The notes under the pieces were generated by a model. That model was not told where the DNA came from and did not search any database. It saw only the letters and a list, made by a program, of their open reading frames with translations. A stretch of 63,862 bases of DNA, filler included, from Vannella sp. (Eukaryota), in the NCBI GenBank assembly GCA_023345925.1. It is 5 parts of 5 records of this genome, joined end to end, with 100 filler letters (N's around TTAATTAATTAA, not from the genome) between each part and the next. Parts side by side here need not be neighbours in the genome. Positions count along the whole stretch, not along the records: positions 1 to 24,610 come from JAJQQN010000743.1; 4 more parts are not named here. One strand, written 5' to 3'. A program made the translations under genes and the position numbers. Below are positions 10,062 through 22,568 of this stretch, one piece after another. Each line of letters starts with the position of its first letter. Positions within the stretch are counted from its first letter, which is position 1.

Positions 10062-13000
10062 ATGAGCAATCGAGGGCCCTCGGCGTCGAAGATGAGCTTG
10101 GGGGATAAGCTACGGCGTATCTCTTTCGCACCCAAGAAAGAGGATGCTCCCACCACCACCTCCACTCAATCGCCACCGCGTCGTGAGGTGCCCGCTCGGA
10201 AAACCGCCACCGCTTCGAATGAAGCAGTTGCTTCACCTGAGAAGCCGCAACTAACGAGGGCCTCGACCGCCGTTGACGACTTCGAGTTGTCCCATTCGGA
10301 AGCATCCACCATCGTCCCTGTGGAGGCTCCAACCTCCAAACCTCCTGCGGGCGGTGCAAGGCGAGCGATGCCTCCACGTGTCCAGCGCGCTGGTACTGTT
10401 TCCACTATCTCAACTTCTGCTTCTCCAGATGCCCCTATGCCACTACCAAGGAGGGGCGTTGCGCCACGTGGTGGCGGTGTTGGAGGAGGAGGGAGCGTTC
10501 GTCCCGCCCAGCCGTCGCCAAAAGGAGATCCCAAAACCATGTGGGTTCCTGTGCAGACCTTTGCGACAGCTATTCATAAGTTTGAGGCTGCGGGCAAGTA
10601 CCAAGTGAGCCTCCAACTGGGAGACAAGGTCAAAATCCAAGAGCAAACGGAAAACTGGTACAAAGGCGTCGTCCTTACCACACGCAAGAAGGGTATCTTC
10701 CCCAAGAGCTTTGTTCACGTCACCAAGAAACTCTACGAGCACGAGGACGAGTCCATGAAGGAGCTGCAAGTGGCCCTGTGGGAATGGGCGGGTCTACTGA
10801 AGACGTACTATGCAGAGCGTCGAGATACCGAGTACAACAATATGCAAGCACGCGTCCTCCAGCTTATGGATTGGTACGCGAAGATTCAATCCCCAGAAAC
10901 GGACGAGGCGCTTCGGTCCCAACTGAAAGGACGCGTCTTTGAGAAGATTGAAGAAGGGAAGCGCAAGATGGGGCTAGATGTGATCGTACGCAAGGTAGAT
11001 GGTACCCGCTGTACAGAGCAGAACACGGGAGTCATCGCCCTCTTCCGAGAGTACGAGAGCTTGGCAAACGAGTCTAACCTGGCCAAACGCAAAGAGAAGG
11101 AGAAGCAAAGTGACACTAGCAGCATCATTCTACTCGACCTCAAGCTCTTTGCGTGCTCAGTGGGAGAGCCAACGGAGGCTATCTTCTCCTTGTGGAGCTC
11201 TGCCACGAACCAGTTCGTCAGTGAAAGTTTCTGTGTCAAACTGACTGTTCAGGGGATGCCGCGGGAGGAATCCCGCATTGGAAACATCAAGACTGCCTTT
11301 AGGAATGTCAATACGGATGAAATGGATCGCTCTTTGTACCTCTTCGTCAAGCTCTTTCGCATTGGCAAGTTGGAGAAGAAAGGAAAGGCTGATTATCGAA
11401 TCCCGTTTGGCGGGGCGCTGGTGGGATTGAGCAACCTCAAGAAGAAGGAAACCGAGCTCACACTTCCTGTGTACACTTCTAATGTGGAACGGGAGTTCTA
11501 CAACCTCCCAGAGATGATTCTCAAGCGGAAGGACGTCTCTTTAGTGCCCAAGGCCAAAGGTGTCATCCTTGGGTTGACCCACTTTGTGGGTCCTGCGGAA
11601 GAAATGAGCGCCTCTAACTCCCTCCCATCTAAATTTGAGGAGCTGAAGGATGTCCAAATGACGGACAAGTACGGATTCCCAGAGATTGTTTACCCTGGCT
11701 CCTCAAGAAATGACTTTTACCTCACATTCTCAGCCGGGGAGTTTGCTGTGGACAAGACCTTCGAGGTGGAAGTCGTAGTGCGAATGAAGAATGGCGAAAT
11801 CCTCCCAGTAAGTTCTCCATTGACCCTTCTATCCCATTGTAACTAGAGAATAGGATTGCATTCGAATGGGCACCTCTGATACAATGGAAAGTCAGTATCG
11901 GACTTCTATTCTGTACCACACGAGCAATCCAAAGTGGAACGAGCCTATCTCTCTCCTGATTCCTCCCTCTATCTTCGAGAACTGTCATCTGTACTTTACC
12001 GTGCGCTTGTGCTCCGCAGGATCAGCCAAAGAGTACGCCAACGGCTTCCTGCTTTTGAACAAAGAGGACGGTACTGTCGTTAATGACGGGATGAAGCAAG
12101 TACCGCTCTTCCGAGTGTTGAAAGGAGTAGAGGATCCGATTATTTACCTCACTGATCAAACCAAGCTTCTCTTCCGCAAGGGAGAGTCCCTTAGTCTAGT
12201 GACTCTTCTATGTAGCACTGCCTTAACGCAGAACTCTTATGTGCGTTCTCTCCTTAAGTGGAAGACAGAGCAAAGCAAGCTCCCAGAAATCCTCAATCGC
12301 TTCACATTTGGGAGCCAGTTTGAGATTATCAAGTTTATGCAAGAGACCTTTGACGCAATGTGCCAGATTCTTGACGCCAAGATGGAAAACATTGATGGGC
12401 TGGTGTATGACGCCATTGTCTTTGTTATCGGCATTCTTGTGGACGAGAAGACTTCCCGATTCACTAACTTTGCTCCTGTTCTTGAGACTTATCTGACTCG
12501 CCACTTCCGGAGCGTTCGAGCACACTCTGTCGTGTTGACTCAGTTTAAACAGTACTTGGACGATGTGGAGAAGAAGGCGAAAGAAGTGCTGGGAAGTCTG
12601 AAGGCGTTTGTGTATCTCTTAAAGATTGTCAAGCGCTCTCTCTCCCTCGAGAAGCTGGCACAATCGATAACCGACTTTGACATTGGACAGTGCCGCGAGC
12701 TCAAGGCGTCTCTTCGTGATATTTTCACTTCTTTTGTCACTTTGATGACCAAAACGTCCCCGGCTCTTATTGGTGCCCAAGCAGCCCTGCTCAAGAACCT
12801 TCCTTCTTGGTATCCTGAACTTTCCATGATCTTCACCCAATCTGAGATTGCTGAGCTCATTTCTCAGCTCATCTCAGCTGATAAGCGCAAGGGAGCGAAC
12901 ATGAAGAGCAAAGTGAACATGGGAAAACTGGAAGTCTTCCATGCTATCATGGAAGGTCACATCTTCGATGACCCTGAGAGCCGCCGCATCCTCACACCCG

Positions 13001-15572
13001 TCATTTTCGAACATCTCAACGTGTCCATGTTGCGAACAGAGGTTCCAGAGGTGCAGGTTTGCATTAAAGTGTACGCCAAGATACTCAGCTTCATGCATGA
13101 ATCCCGAGAAGCATCGAAAGGCCTTCTAGGCTATGTTGTAGCTCTTCTACCGGCTTTGTCAGCAGCAGTCGAGACAATGAAGAACGAAGAGCACAGCCTC
13201 TTGGCCATCACTTGCCTCCTCAACGTTTACTTTATCATAACGCCTGCGCACTTCAAAAAGTTCGTTGAGAAGATGCCGCCTGTGAAAGCCACTGAATTTC
13301 TCACCCAGCAATGTCAAATGATGTTCTTCTGGTGCCGTGGGAAGACCTTCCCAGACAATTGGTTCTCCATGAAGATGTTCCAAATGTCCACAGTCCGTAA
13401 AATGCTTCTCAGTGTCTCAGATGCCGTCCAGCTTCCAGCAGGTACACAGTGGAGTGAAGAAGATGCCTTCTTTTGGCTTAACTTCTTCCAAGCTGGCTTT
13501 GCGCTGCTTGATTGCCCTGTCCTAAAGTTGGAGGCGTTCTCTGCGGCAAAGCAGGCCCTGATTCGTGAGTGCTATGGCGACATGCGGTTACCTGTCTGTG
13601 CAATGCTGAAGAAGCTGTGGGATTCAATGGGAGATAAGCAAAACCTGCTTTCCAATGACCTAGTCAAGGAGTTCCTTTTAGTATCCATGCTAGGACAACG
13701 GGATCTTCGCAACTTGGGGATCAATTTATACTTTACAGCTCTGGAGAAGGAGTTCCGCACTAGCAAGAACTTCAAAGCCATCGAATCCCAGACGATTGAT
13801 GCATTCTCTGCTTCGCTCACTCCTGGGTCGGACACTGTTAGCTCTGCCAACTTTAACGAGTTCTTTTTCCAAGCGTTGGACAATAAGCTGGTCCGCACAC
13901 CTGACATTGCGCCAGAAGCGCGTAAGTTCCTTGGGGACATGAAAGAGCTTTGTCAGCATCTTGTGGCACTGAGTACATTGCGAGACGGGGACCATGAAGA
14001 TGACCGGGTCATTGCCACGCTTCGGCTGATGGAGTATCTGCGACAGTCTCAGCGTATCAACGCATTTGTGCGTTATGTGCACACTTTAGTGGACCAAATG
14101 ACCCGCGCCAAGCAGTTCCACAAAGCAGCGCAGATTCTCCTTCTGCACTGCGAATTGCTAGAATGGCGCGATGTTCCTGTCGAATCACGTGCGCCAGGAG
14201 GAAAGAGAGGCGAAACGCAGCTTCAATTGAAAGCGCGCTTGTACGAACAAGCGATTGACCTCTTTGAGCAAGGCCAATGCTACGAACAGGCAATCACACT
14301 CACGCAGCAGTTATGCAAAGTTGTTCGGGATTCACTTTGTGACTACAAGCGAGTTGCTAGCCTCTTGCAGCGAGAAGCTAACTTCTTCCAATCGGTATGT
14401 GATAGAATAGAGGAAAGGAAGCGTACTGTGGCTCATACTGGGAACTTAGGTACTTACAGCGAGCCGCTACCCTTGTGAGTACTTCCGAGTGGCATTTTAC
14501 GGGCAAGGATTCGCATCCAATTTGAGGGAAAAGGCGTTTATCTACTGTGGTAACCCACTGGAACGGTAAGTTCCTCACCTTCCTTCCTTCCTCTTCTCAG
14601 CTGGATGGGACTGTTAGAATTGGAGAGTTTACGGAGAGAATTCAGAGCAAGTTCCCTTCCTGTGAACTTATGAAGACCACAGAGCCACCTTCAGAAGAGG
14701 TTCTACTCTCAGCAGGTATGCACATTCAATTGTACATGGTCAAGCCCTTCCCCGAAGACATTGGTGACTTGCAAAAGTCCCATCCTAATCTCCCTGCCAC
14801 ACTGCGAGAGTACCGCGTGTCTATGTTGAACGTGAATCGATTCATCTACAAAAGACCCTTCAGCAAGGACAAAGCCGTCCGCAAAGAGAACGAGTTCAAG
14901 GATTTGTGGACCATGGACATCCTATTCACCACCAAAGACTTCTTCCCCGTCATCACAGATCGCTCAGAGATCATCAATGTCATCAACAAAGAAGTCACTC
15001 CCGTTGAAAACGCGGTGCAAACCATCAAGTCCAAGAACGATGAACTTAGCAAGTTAGCAGAGCAGTACAAAGACTGCACCGGGAACGCCAGTCCCTTTAC
15101 CATGGTACTGTCAGGTACTATTGATGCAGCTGTTAGTGGCGGAGTGGAGAACTACAAAAAGGCATTCCTGGCCCCAGATTACGTCAAAGAGCATCCCGAA
15201 CATCAACATTTCATCGACCAGCTCTGCGATGCGTTCACCCGCCAACTGGATGTTCTATCAGAATGCATTGTTGTGCACGCTTCTATCTGTCCGGAGTCGA
15301 TGCAGCAACTGCAAGACCATTTGGAGGAGAAACTGAAAGAACTCCAAACCACTTGGTCCGGGGACCAGCAGAAGAAGGCCGAAAGCGCCTCCATGGGAGT
15401 TGTCCCTGTGGAAGAAGTCCCTGAAGTTGTCTCTTCCAAAGCAGCTGGCATTGCAACCCCTTCTGTGGTGGTAGAAGAAGGTGGATGGGGGCGTACTCCG
15501 ACACGCCCTGACCGTAATCCCGATGCGCGTGTTCCCACCGCTTCCTTCATTGGTCGCCGCCCACTAGAATGA
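10062..15572 (+). CDS. DOCK: DOCK-A/B type Rac GEF (SH3, DOCK-N, DHR1/C2, DHR2)
   Basis: SH3 (NWYKG..KGIFPKSFV), DHR1 (YHTSNPKWNE), DHR2 (YFRVAFYG, TPVENA, VLSGTIDAAVSGGVENY); 3 introns. Confidence 0.93.
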
Positions 15573-15595
15573 GAGGGCAGCGTCACACGTCATAA

Positions 15596-16189
15596 CTAAA
15601 TCCATGTATTGGAAGCCTTCTTCAAAGGAGAGCCAGTGGAAGGCCAAATCTCCTCCGCCGTGTTCGCATCCATTAGGGGGCGGAGGAACACCAGCTGCCA
15701 TAAGAACTCTTCAGAGAGAGTGTTTGTATCGGAGGGCTCTTCTTTGTTCTCTTTGTAGGGAGAAGACGAGGAGGAGGGGGACGGAGGAGATGAGATGCCT
15801 CGTTCACACCAAAGGAGGTGAGTTTGACTTGGTTCTGGCCCAAAAGAGAAAATCCACAACTTAATGGAAGGTATGGGAGTGACAGAGGACGGAATCAACT
15901 TGCGGGGGACCATTTTCCAGAACTCAACGAGCTCATGCGTGTTCCCTTTGGTTACAGTCACACGCTGCCTAGATCTTGTTTGATTCCATCTCCATTCTTC
16001 ACCGCGGGGGATGTGTTTCGTGCCGAAACTCCCCGTTACAGCAGCCACTTGACCTTGTCTCCAGATGCTGTCAGAAAGGTCCAGAAAGTGGATTGTTCGA
16101 AGGCTTTCCATTTGAGCCATCGCAAAGTGTAACGCTCGTCGATGTTCAGGAGGAAGAGAACTCTCACCTTGAATGCCTGCCGTTGTCAT
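15596..16189 (-). CDS. Hypothetical protein (orphan)
   Basis: About 200-aa open frame filling the gap between two genes, with a Trp-rich globular core followed by an S/P-rich tail. Confidence 0.5.
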   Translation of the reverse strand: MTTAGIQGESSLPPEHRRALHFAMAQMESLRTIHFLDLSDSIWRQGQVAAVTGSFGTKHIPRGEEWRWNQTRSRQRVTVTKGNTHELVEFWKMVPRKLIPSSVTPIPSIKLWIFSFGPEPSQTHLLWCERGISSPPSPSSSSSPYKENKEEPSDTNTLSEEFLWQLVFLRPLMDANTAEEIWPSTGSPLKKASNTWI

Positions 16190-16370
16190 ACGCGGAGGGC
16201 AAGCAAAATGCGTCAAACAGCGAGCGGTATCCGCGGAACCCAAAAAGGAAAGTTTCGCTGTTTGTAGCCAGAAGAGGACGTTTTCTTGCGATCGTTCCAA
16301 TAACCGTCCAAACTTGAAGAAGAATCTCGATCAATCTCCCACCACCAGTTTTAAGGATCAAAGCGATGAT

Positions 16371-18936
16371 TTACAAATTCAAAGGAACGGGAACGGGAAT
16401 GGGAATGGATGAGAGACGAGACTCATCATTGGACAGGAGAAGGTCATGAAAGACAAAGGTTCTCCGCGCTTCTTCTCGATAAAAGTCGTAGAACGCAAAT
16501 CCCGTCTTTTCGAAGAACCCATGCGCGCTGCAAATGCCAGAGGCAAAGAGGAAGACACGGCGGGCTTGTGGACACCATATCTTGCCGAGGAGCTCTTCTC
16601 CCTATGAATGGTAAGGTTAGTAAGTGGTGGATGAAGGAAAGAGCGCGTACGATCCAAGTGATGAGGGAACTTGCAAGTCCTTGTCTTCGGAAGGCTCGAG
16701 AAACGGCAAGACATTGGATCGTTGGTCCGTTGACCAGAGTCTCTTGGTTATTGTTCCAACTGAGAAGACAGCGAACAGCAAGAGAGCCCTGGTAAGTCCC
16801 TTCAATCAAAGTAGCTGGCCCAAGAGAGTTTGTATCGCCAGTGACACAAGAGAGCTTCAGGTCTCCATTCTTGTGGCACTGCGAGTAGAATCGGGTATAA
16901 GGCAACACACTAATCGGGTCCCGTGGGGAGTTCATCACATTATTGGCGCCAGGAACTCTCATATACGACCGCAACTCCGAGCTTACCAAGTCCTCGATGC
17001 GTTTGGGTTCCTTTGCAGTGATCCGCACGAAAAGATGAATGTCGCCCTCTGCCCAGTTATCTGCACGGAAGAGCAGTCCTGTCTCACTTGCTTCCTCTTT
17101 GGCATAACACGAGACAGACGACCGACCTCCATCTGCGTTCTTAATCAATTCTCCCACTTGAAGCTCCAAGGACTTGCGCAAGGCTCGTAGAAGGATATTG
17201 ATCAAAGAAGGGGGCGCATGGCGGGACGGAATGACACAGAACAAAGCCACTTTCTGGGTGTCCTCTTGAGGAGCAGCGGGAATGAATTCGGTGAAGTCCA
17301 TGTTGATGCCCCATTCGGACTCCTCGTTGCCATCATCATAAGTACCCATGGTTTGGCTGGGCATGGGGATCCAGTGGAACAGCTTCTCAGCGATAAGAAG
17401 GAGCTTGCAAGTGGATGGCGAGACTTCCACGGGAATATGAATGAGGCTTGCTTGCTTCCAGAGCTCATCTGCCTCCCTGGTTGTTGCTTGAAGGAGACTG
17501 AGAAGTCTGCAGAGCTTGAGCGATAAACGGGCATCACTGTGAGTCATGGTATCGAGAGAAAGACTGGTAAAGCGATCAACAGCGCGTCTCATTTGGTTGT
17601 AATGGACTCCATCGATCCGTAATGACTCCGCCATATAAAGAAGAGTCAATTTGGAGTCTTCCAGTTGCTCCCAAAGCGATGGAGAAGCGCTTAAAAGAGA
17701 GATTTCCTCCTGACTCAGAGAAAGAAACTCTTGTAAGTGCTCAAATTGATCAGGACCGGCTGGTTTAAAGTAGTCTGGTGACTGAATCAGATATTGGAGA
17801 GTAGAATGCACCTCTATCATGCCATTGCGGAAGGCACAGTAATTGTGACAAGTCTCCCTTCCACATGTAATGCAAAGTAGTTGGTCAGAGTGGGGTGACA
17901 GGCGAAGAAGGAGTGGGCCACCAGGAAGGTGACTTCGTAGAGCTTCCGCGTAAAGGCTGTACTCTGGGTAGGACGGCAGCAGCTCCTCAGTGATGCGACG
18001 TTCCGGGAAGTCCAGTTTGTTGTTGGCCTGATGCACCATTGGATCGCGGATCTCTCTCCACAGTTGGGTTCCTCGACTAGAATCAGCATCCCAGCGGCTA
18101 TCAGAAGGGTCCAACTCGTAGAACGGGACGTGCTCTTCCGGATCGATCACAAGAACTTCCTCTAACTGCTCTATACGCGGGTTTCCAATCTCTTGGCGGA
18201 AAGCAGCGATTCTGAGGGATTGATTGGGTTGAGGCTGAGTCTTCTGACGCGTCCTCACTCCAAGTTCTCGAAGAGAAGAGAGAGCCGAGTCGATGGAGTG
18301 AAAGGAGCTCATAGGAGCCACTCTGCCTCCTCGAACAACATCAGAAAGATGATTATCAAGTCTCTCTAAATGAGTAGTATGCCAGTTAGGCCTTCCACGT
18401 GGACGGCGGGGCGATTCAGTAACATCAGGACCTGATGCCGAGGACCGAGCAATCTTCCACGGCTGGCTGTGATCCTTACGTGTTACTTCCGAGTCTGAAG
18501 ACTCTGTTGCACTAATAACTTCTCCAATCAGCCTCTTACGAGGTCGCCCTCGGCCCCGCTTGGCCTTGGGGAGGGGAGGAGGAGGTGTTCCAGGAGGGAG
18601 CGGAACCTTCCTTGGCCTTCCTCTTCCACGCTTTGGTGTCGATTCGCTAGATTCAGGTGCAGCAGGAGCCTCTGGAGACTCCAGAACGGGGAGCTTTCGG
18701 GGTCGCCCGCGGCCTCTCTTCGGAGGCGCAGGGCTTTCAGGGTCCGTAGTCCCTTCGCCTGCAAAGTCAAAGCTCCTATCCATCGACAGAGCAGAGTGGT
18801 CATCGCAAACCATCTCATCCCCAGAGACAACAGGAAGAGGGACGAACTCGTCCACCCCCAAACCCTCCTCCAGCTCCCTCAAAGAAGCGGGCTCTAACCG
18901 AGACATCATATCCTCGTCAGAGGATAGCTCATCCAT
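16371..18936 (-). CDS. AT-hook protein with C-terminal GNAT acetyltransferase domain
   Basis: Three KRGRGRPRK AT-hooks plus RPRGRP; GNAT motif A IQCLAVSRAFRRQGLASSL; after intron ~16650-16603, motif B AHGFFEKTGF; stop at 16371-16373. Confidence 0.75.
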
Positions 18937-19059
18937 CCCAGAAGGCAAGGCTACGAGAAGATGAGCTCGCCAACGGTCTGTTGATTTGCTGTCAGTCCTG
19001 ATTAGGAAGGTGGAGGTGGACCTGATTGGTGGAGCGGGGAGGAGGTGAAGGACCTTCAT

Positions 19060-19475
19060 TTAAGGATTGAGGAATTCAGATCGGTAGCACATGGCTAGGC
19101 CCATGATAGCGATGCTGGGAGGGAGGTGAGTGGGAGGGTGGGGGACGGTGTGGCTTACGAGACAGAGGAGAGGAACTGTTTGACCTCCATCTCGGCGCTC
19201 TTGGTGTTGGAGAAGGCAACGAGTGTGCATACAATGGATTGGAAGGCCATGACCTTCCACTGATGACGGGTAAGTCGATAACAAACTGGATCCAGGGCAC
19301 CCACCTTCATAATGATCGCAGCGATGCCGCATACCATTGCCAACAGCGACATATAAGTCGCCATTCCCTCAGAAAGCTCTGGTTCGTCCGTCTGACGGAC
19401 TTTCATCCTCATAGCAGTGACCGCATCAACTCTCCTTGGGTCAGACCCAGCCGCTCCCCCAATCCGCTTTCCCAT
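19060..19475 (-). CDS. WDR83OS: PAT complex subunit Asterix (UPF0139)
   Basis: SDPRR..YMSLLAMVCGIAAIIMK|WKVMAF..FSNTKS..KQFLSSV|IAIMGLAMCY; 2 introns. Confidence 0.85.
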
Positions 19476-21224
19476 CAACAAAATGGTTCCATTTATTTGA
19501 ATTGCCAAATGTCAGCAAATTCCACTGGATTCTAATAAATCGGATTTTGAGATGTTTTGAAGAGAGCCACTTATGACCATTTCCTTCCGGCTTTGCATGG
19601 CGGGGCGGGTTAGTGCTTGTTGGAGCCCCATGACGTTCTGATGATTTACTGGAGAGGGAACATGCAGGAGTGCAAGAAGATAAGCGCCAATGCGCTCTCA
19701 TTCGGGTCTTTGATAGCATTTGCGTTAATGTCGCTGGAGGAGATGTTATGTTCTTGACGAGGCAGCGAGGGCGAACTGTTAGTCTAGTCAGGGACCTAAC
19801 TCTGGTGATTTTGGCGTTCGATCATTGCAAGTTGGTGCCACAAGAGGTGCGCGGCAGTCATTATAGCTGACAGAGCGCGTTCTCTTCGTTTTTCCTGAAA
19901 CCAGACTTCTGGGAGCCCAACGAGTCATTTCCATGCAAAATCTGGAGAATACGGAGAAAGAACTCTCGGATAGCTTCTTCTGGCGTATATTCCAAACAAG
20001 ACTGGCGATTGGGATCAGCTCTTCGATTCATCGTTGGTTTCACTGTGGCGAGTTGTGACGAAAGCAATCTTCTGCGAGATGGCATACCCCGTGAAATCAT
20101 TGGAGAGTGTGGAGTTGGAGATATATTCAGCAACGGATTTGTGTGAGTAGTATCGCAGCAACCACTGTGAGATACGTCCCGCAAATCTCTTTGCTGAATC
20201 TGTGGGCTTCCCAACATCAAGCATGAAAGGATTCAGTCATCGTAGAACGCATCCCGGGATTCTTTTCTGCAGCCTGTGGTATTTTGGCCCAGATTCAGAT
20301 CTGAAGTGATTTGAGGAAGTCACGGCCCACTTCCTGAAGTTGCAACTAACTGGCCTCTCCACCTTTGTCCGTTTCCAAAAAGTCTCCTTCCTAAGACGAC
20401 TGTTTTAGCGAGTATTTGGAAGGGACATCTCTGTATTCCCGCAATTATACTTGGCGGCCCAACGCTGGAGGATAGCGAGTATCACGGTGAAGATAGAAAA
20501 AAGAGAACTCAAATGAGAGGACAAAAGGTCCACTCTTGTTTCTTCAGGACACATACTACTTTGAAGATTCCAAAACCCCAAACCGCTGACAGGTCGAATT
20601 GTTGCTGATGCATTGAAGAATCTTGTTAAAATGCAACACATTTTGTTCAGCATCCCAAACAAATGCCAGGAAATCCAATTACAGCTCTTCTTGTGAAAGA
20701 AGTGAACGTTACTTTGCTATTTTTGAGTCTTGTCTCCGGAATTCGAACCAAAAGACAAGAATGTTTGGGAACAAGTTGATAAGCCGGTGGCAAAAGCAAT
20801 CGCAGAAACCGAGCATGGAGGAGGGCTACCCGCAATAATCACTCCTGAGGGTGATGGACGCTCCTCTCGTATCTGCATTCTCACACAGACTTTGGGCTAG
20901 TTCCTCTAAGGACGAGAAACAATTTGTGTGCAGTCAGAGCCTTCTCTAAAACCAGTCTTTACACTACTATCATTGGTGTAAGCATTTCAAGGATCTATGG
21001 TCATTTGTGACTGCACAAACACTCCCAAATTTTGCGATTGAGACTGAAGCATAAAGAAATCCCATCACCCCTTAACGACCAGTGTGGCAATGTCCCATAA
21101 ATGAAGATCTACGATAAAAACAACCGCCCAGGAAGTGAAAGGACTCAAAAAGACAGAAAACAGCTTTTGAGTAATATGTTATTATTGATCGTATGAGTGA
21201 AATTTTAGCAACTTTTTGCGATTC

Positions 21225-21296
21225 GGCTCCATAGTGTAATGGTTATCATCCGAGATTCTGATTCTCGAGATCCGAGTTCGATTCTCGGTGGAGCCT
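21225..21296 (+). tRNA. tRNA-Gln(CTG), intronless
   Basis: Acceptor stem GGCTCCA/TGGAGCC, anticodon arm CGAGA-TTCTGAT-TCTCG, T-arm CCGAG-TTCGATT-CTCGG, followed by a T run. Confidence 0.95.
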
Positions 21297-21337
21297 GACT
21301 TCTTTTGCTTTATCTTTTGGTAGTTATTTCTTGGTCA

Positions 21338-22099
21338 ATGTTTCAACAAGGAGTGGCTGGACCTTCCAATCTCTGTTCTGGAACCCCCCCTGGGACTCCT
21401 CTCGTATCAAAGGAGTTCTCCTGCACATTTACAAAGAACGAGGGCGGCACAGCAGGTCGCACTGTTGTCCTACACAAGTTCCCGTGTCTTGTTAGTGGTC
21501 CTGAGAACATCCACTTGGCTTCCCCTGCAGGCATGTCTGTCAAGTTACCTCGCAGCTTCCAAGCTGCCTTCGAGCTCTTCTCTACAGACGGCAAACTCTT
21601 CCTCCGAACGAATGGGACCACCCAGCTATGGATCAACCAGTCCCACTTTGTAGCCGCATGTGACTACACTCAGCTGCGCCACAATGACTTGATCAGGCTG
21701 CAACATTGGACGTGTCGCTTTGAACTGCAGTCTGGCCTGAGTAGCTTGCCCCCTTTTGGCTTTGGGAAGGAGAATGTGCCTCCGTTAGAGTGTTCCAGAC
21801 CAGGAGCAGCAAAGAGAATGCCATTTGGTCAGGGTGGGAGGCCAACCGAACGAAAGAGGGAAGAAGAATCTCCTTTCGCACCAAATACTACTATTGACAT
21901 TGCTATCTCACCCCTCGCAACACCAGTCCCTCCTCCTCCACTACCTCAATCAAAGCCCTCTGTTCTCTTTAACCCCGACGAGTTCTTTACGGAAGAAAGC
22001 GAGGTGCCACATTCCCCTCAGACTGAGACGCAAGTGGATGAGAATTCAGACAATGAGATCCTCGCTTTTCTTTCTTCTGAAGAGGAGTTAGAGAACTAA
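21338..22099 (+). CDS. Protein with degenerate FHA-like domain and P/E-rich tail
   Basis: LFLRTNGTTQLWINQ...LRHNDLIRLQ resembles the FHA NGTxVN...LxxGDxI pattern; intronless. Confidence 0.55.
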   Translation: MFQQGVAGPSNLCSGTPPGTPLVSKEFSCTFTKNEGGTAGRTVVLHKFPCLVSGPENIHLASPAGMSVKLPRSFQAAFELFSTDGKLFLRTNGTTQLWINQSHFVAACDYTQLRHNDLIRLQHWTCRFELQSGLSSLPPFGFGKENVPPLECSRPGAAKRMPFGQGGRPTERKREEESPFAPNTTIDIAISPLATPVPPPPLPQSKPSVLFNPDEFFTEESEVPHSPQTETQVDENSDNEILAFLSSEEELEN

Positions 22100-22319
22100 A
22101 GCACATTTAAGTCAAGAGAGGAGAATGGGGGGTCAACTTCTACAGTGACTTGGATCGGAATTGAAGTGCAGGACAAGTTGAGGCCAATGAAATTTGGTTT
22201 GAGAGATTTCACGCCCCAGTAAACCACGTCCGCTGGCCACAGTTGAAAAGTACCTCTAAAGTAACAATGAACTATTTATCATGTCATGTGTTTTGGTTAA
22301 TACGAGTTCTGTCACGAGC

Positions 22320-22568
22320 AGCGAGGGCATTTCCCCTCTTTCGGACCTCTGAAGCTCCCAAAAGTGAAATCAGACCAAAAGCTTATCCTGAAAAGATGGA
22401 GGTCATCAGGACACTCTACGCAAACACGAGTTTTGGAACCCTCTTCTCAATCCACGCAGGACATCCCTCGTTTTTGAGCACCGCAAACTCAAAAAATGAA
22501 ATCAGACTAAAAGCTTATCCTGAAGAGATGGAGGTAATCAGGACGCTCTACGCAAACACGAGTTTTTG
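22320..22568. repeat. Two-copy tandem repeat, 132-bp period
   Basis: TGAAATCAGAC.AAAAGCTTATCCTGAA.AGATGGAGGT.ATCAGGAC.CTCTACGCAAACACGAGTTTT starting at 22365 and 22497. Confidence 0.85.

Noticed and set aside
22320..22568. Spaced direct repeats as a CRISPR array
   Set aside because: Only two long units with similar intervening sequence, no cas genes, eukaryotic context
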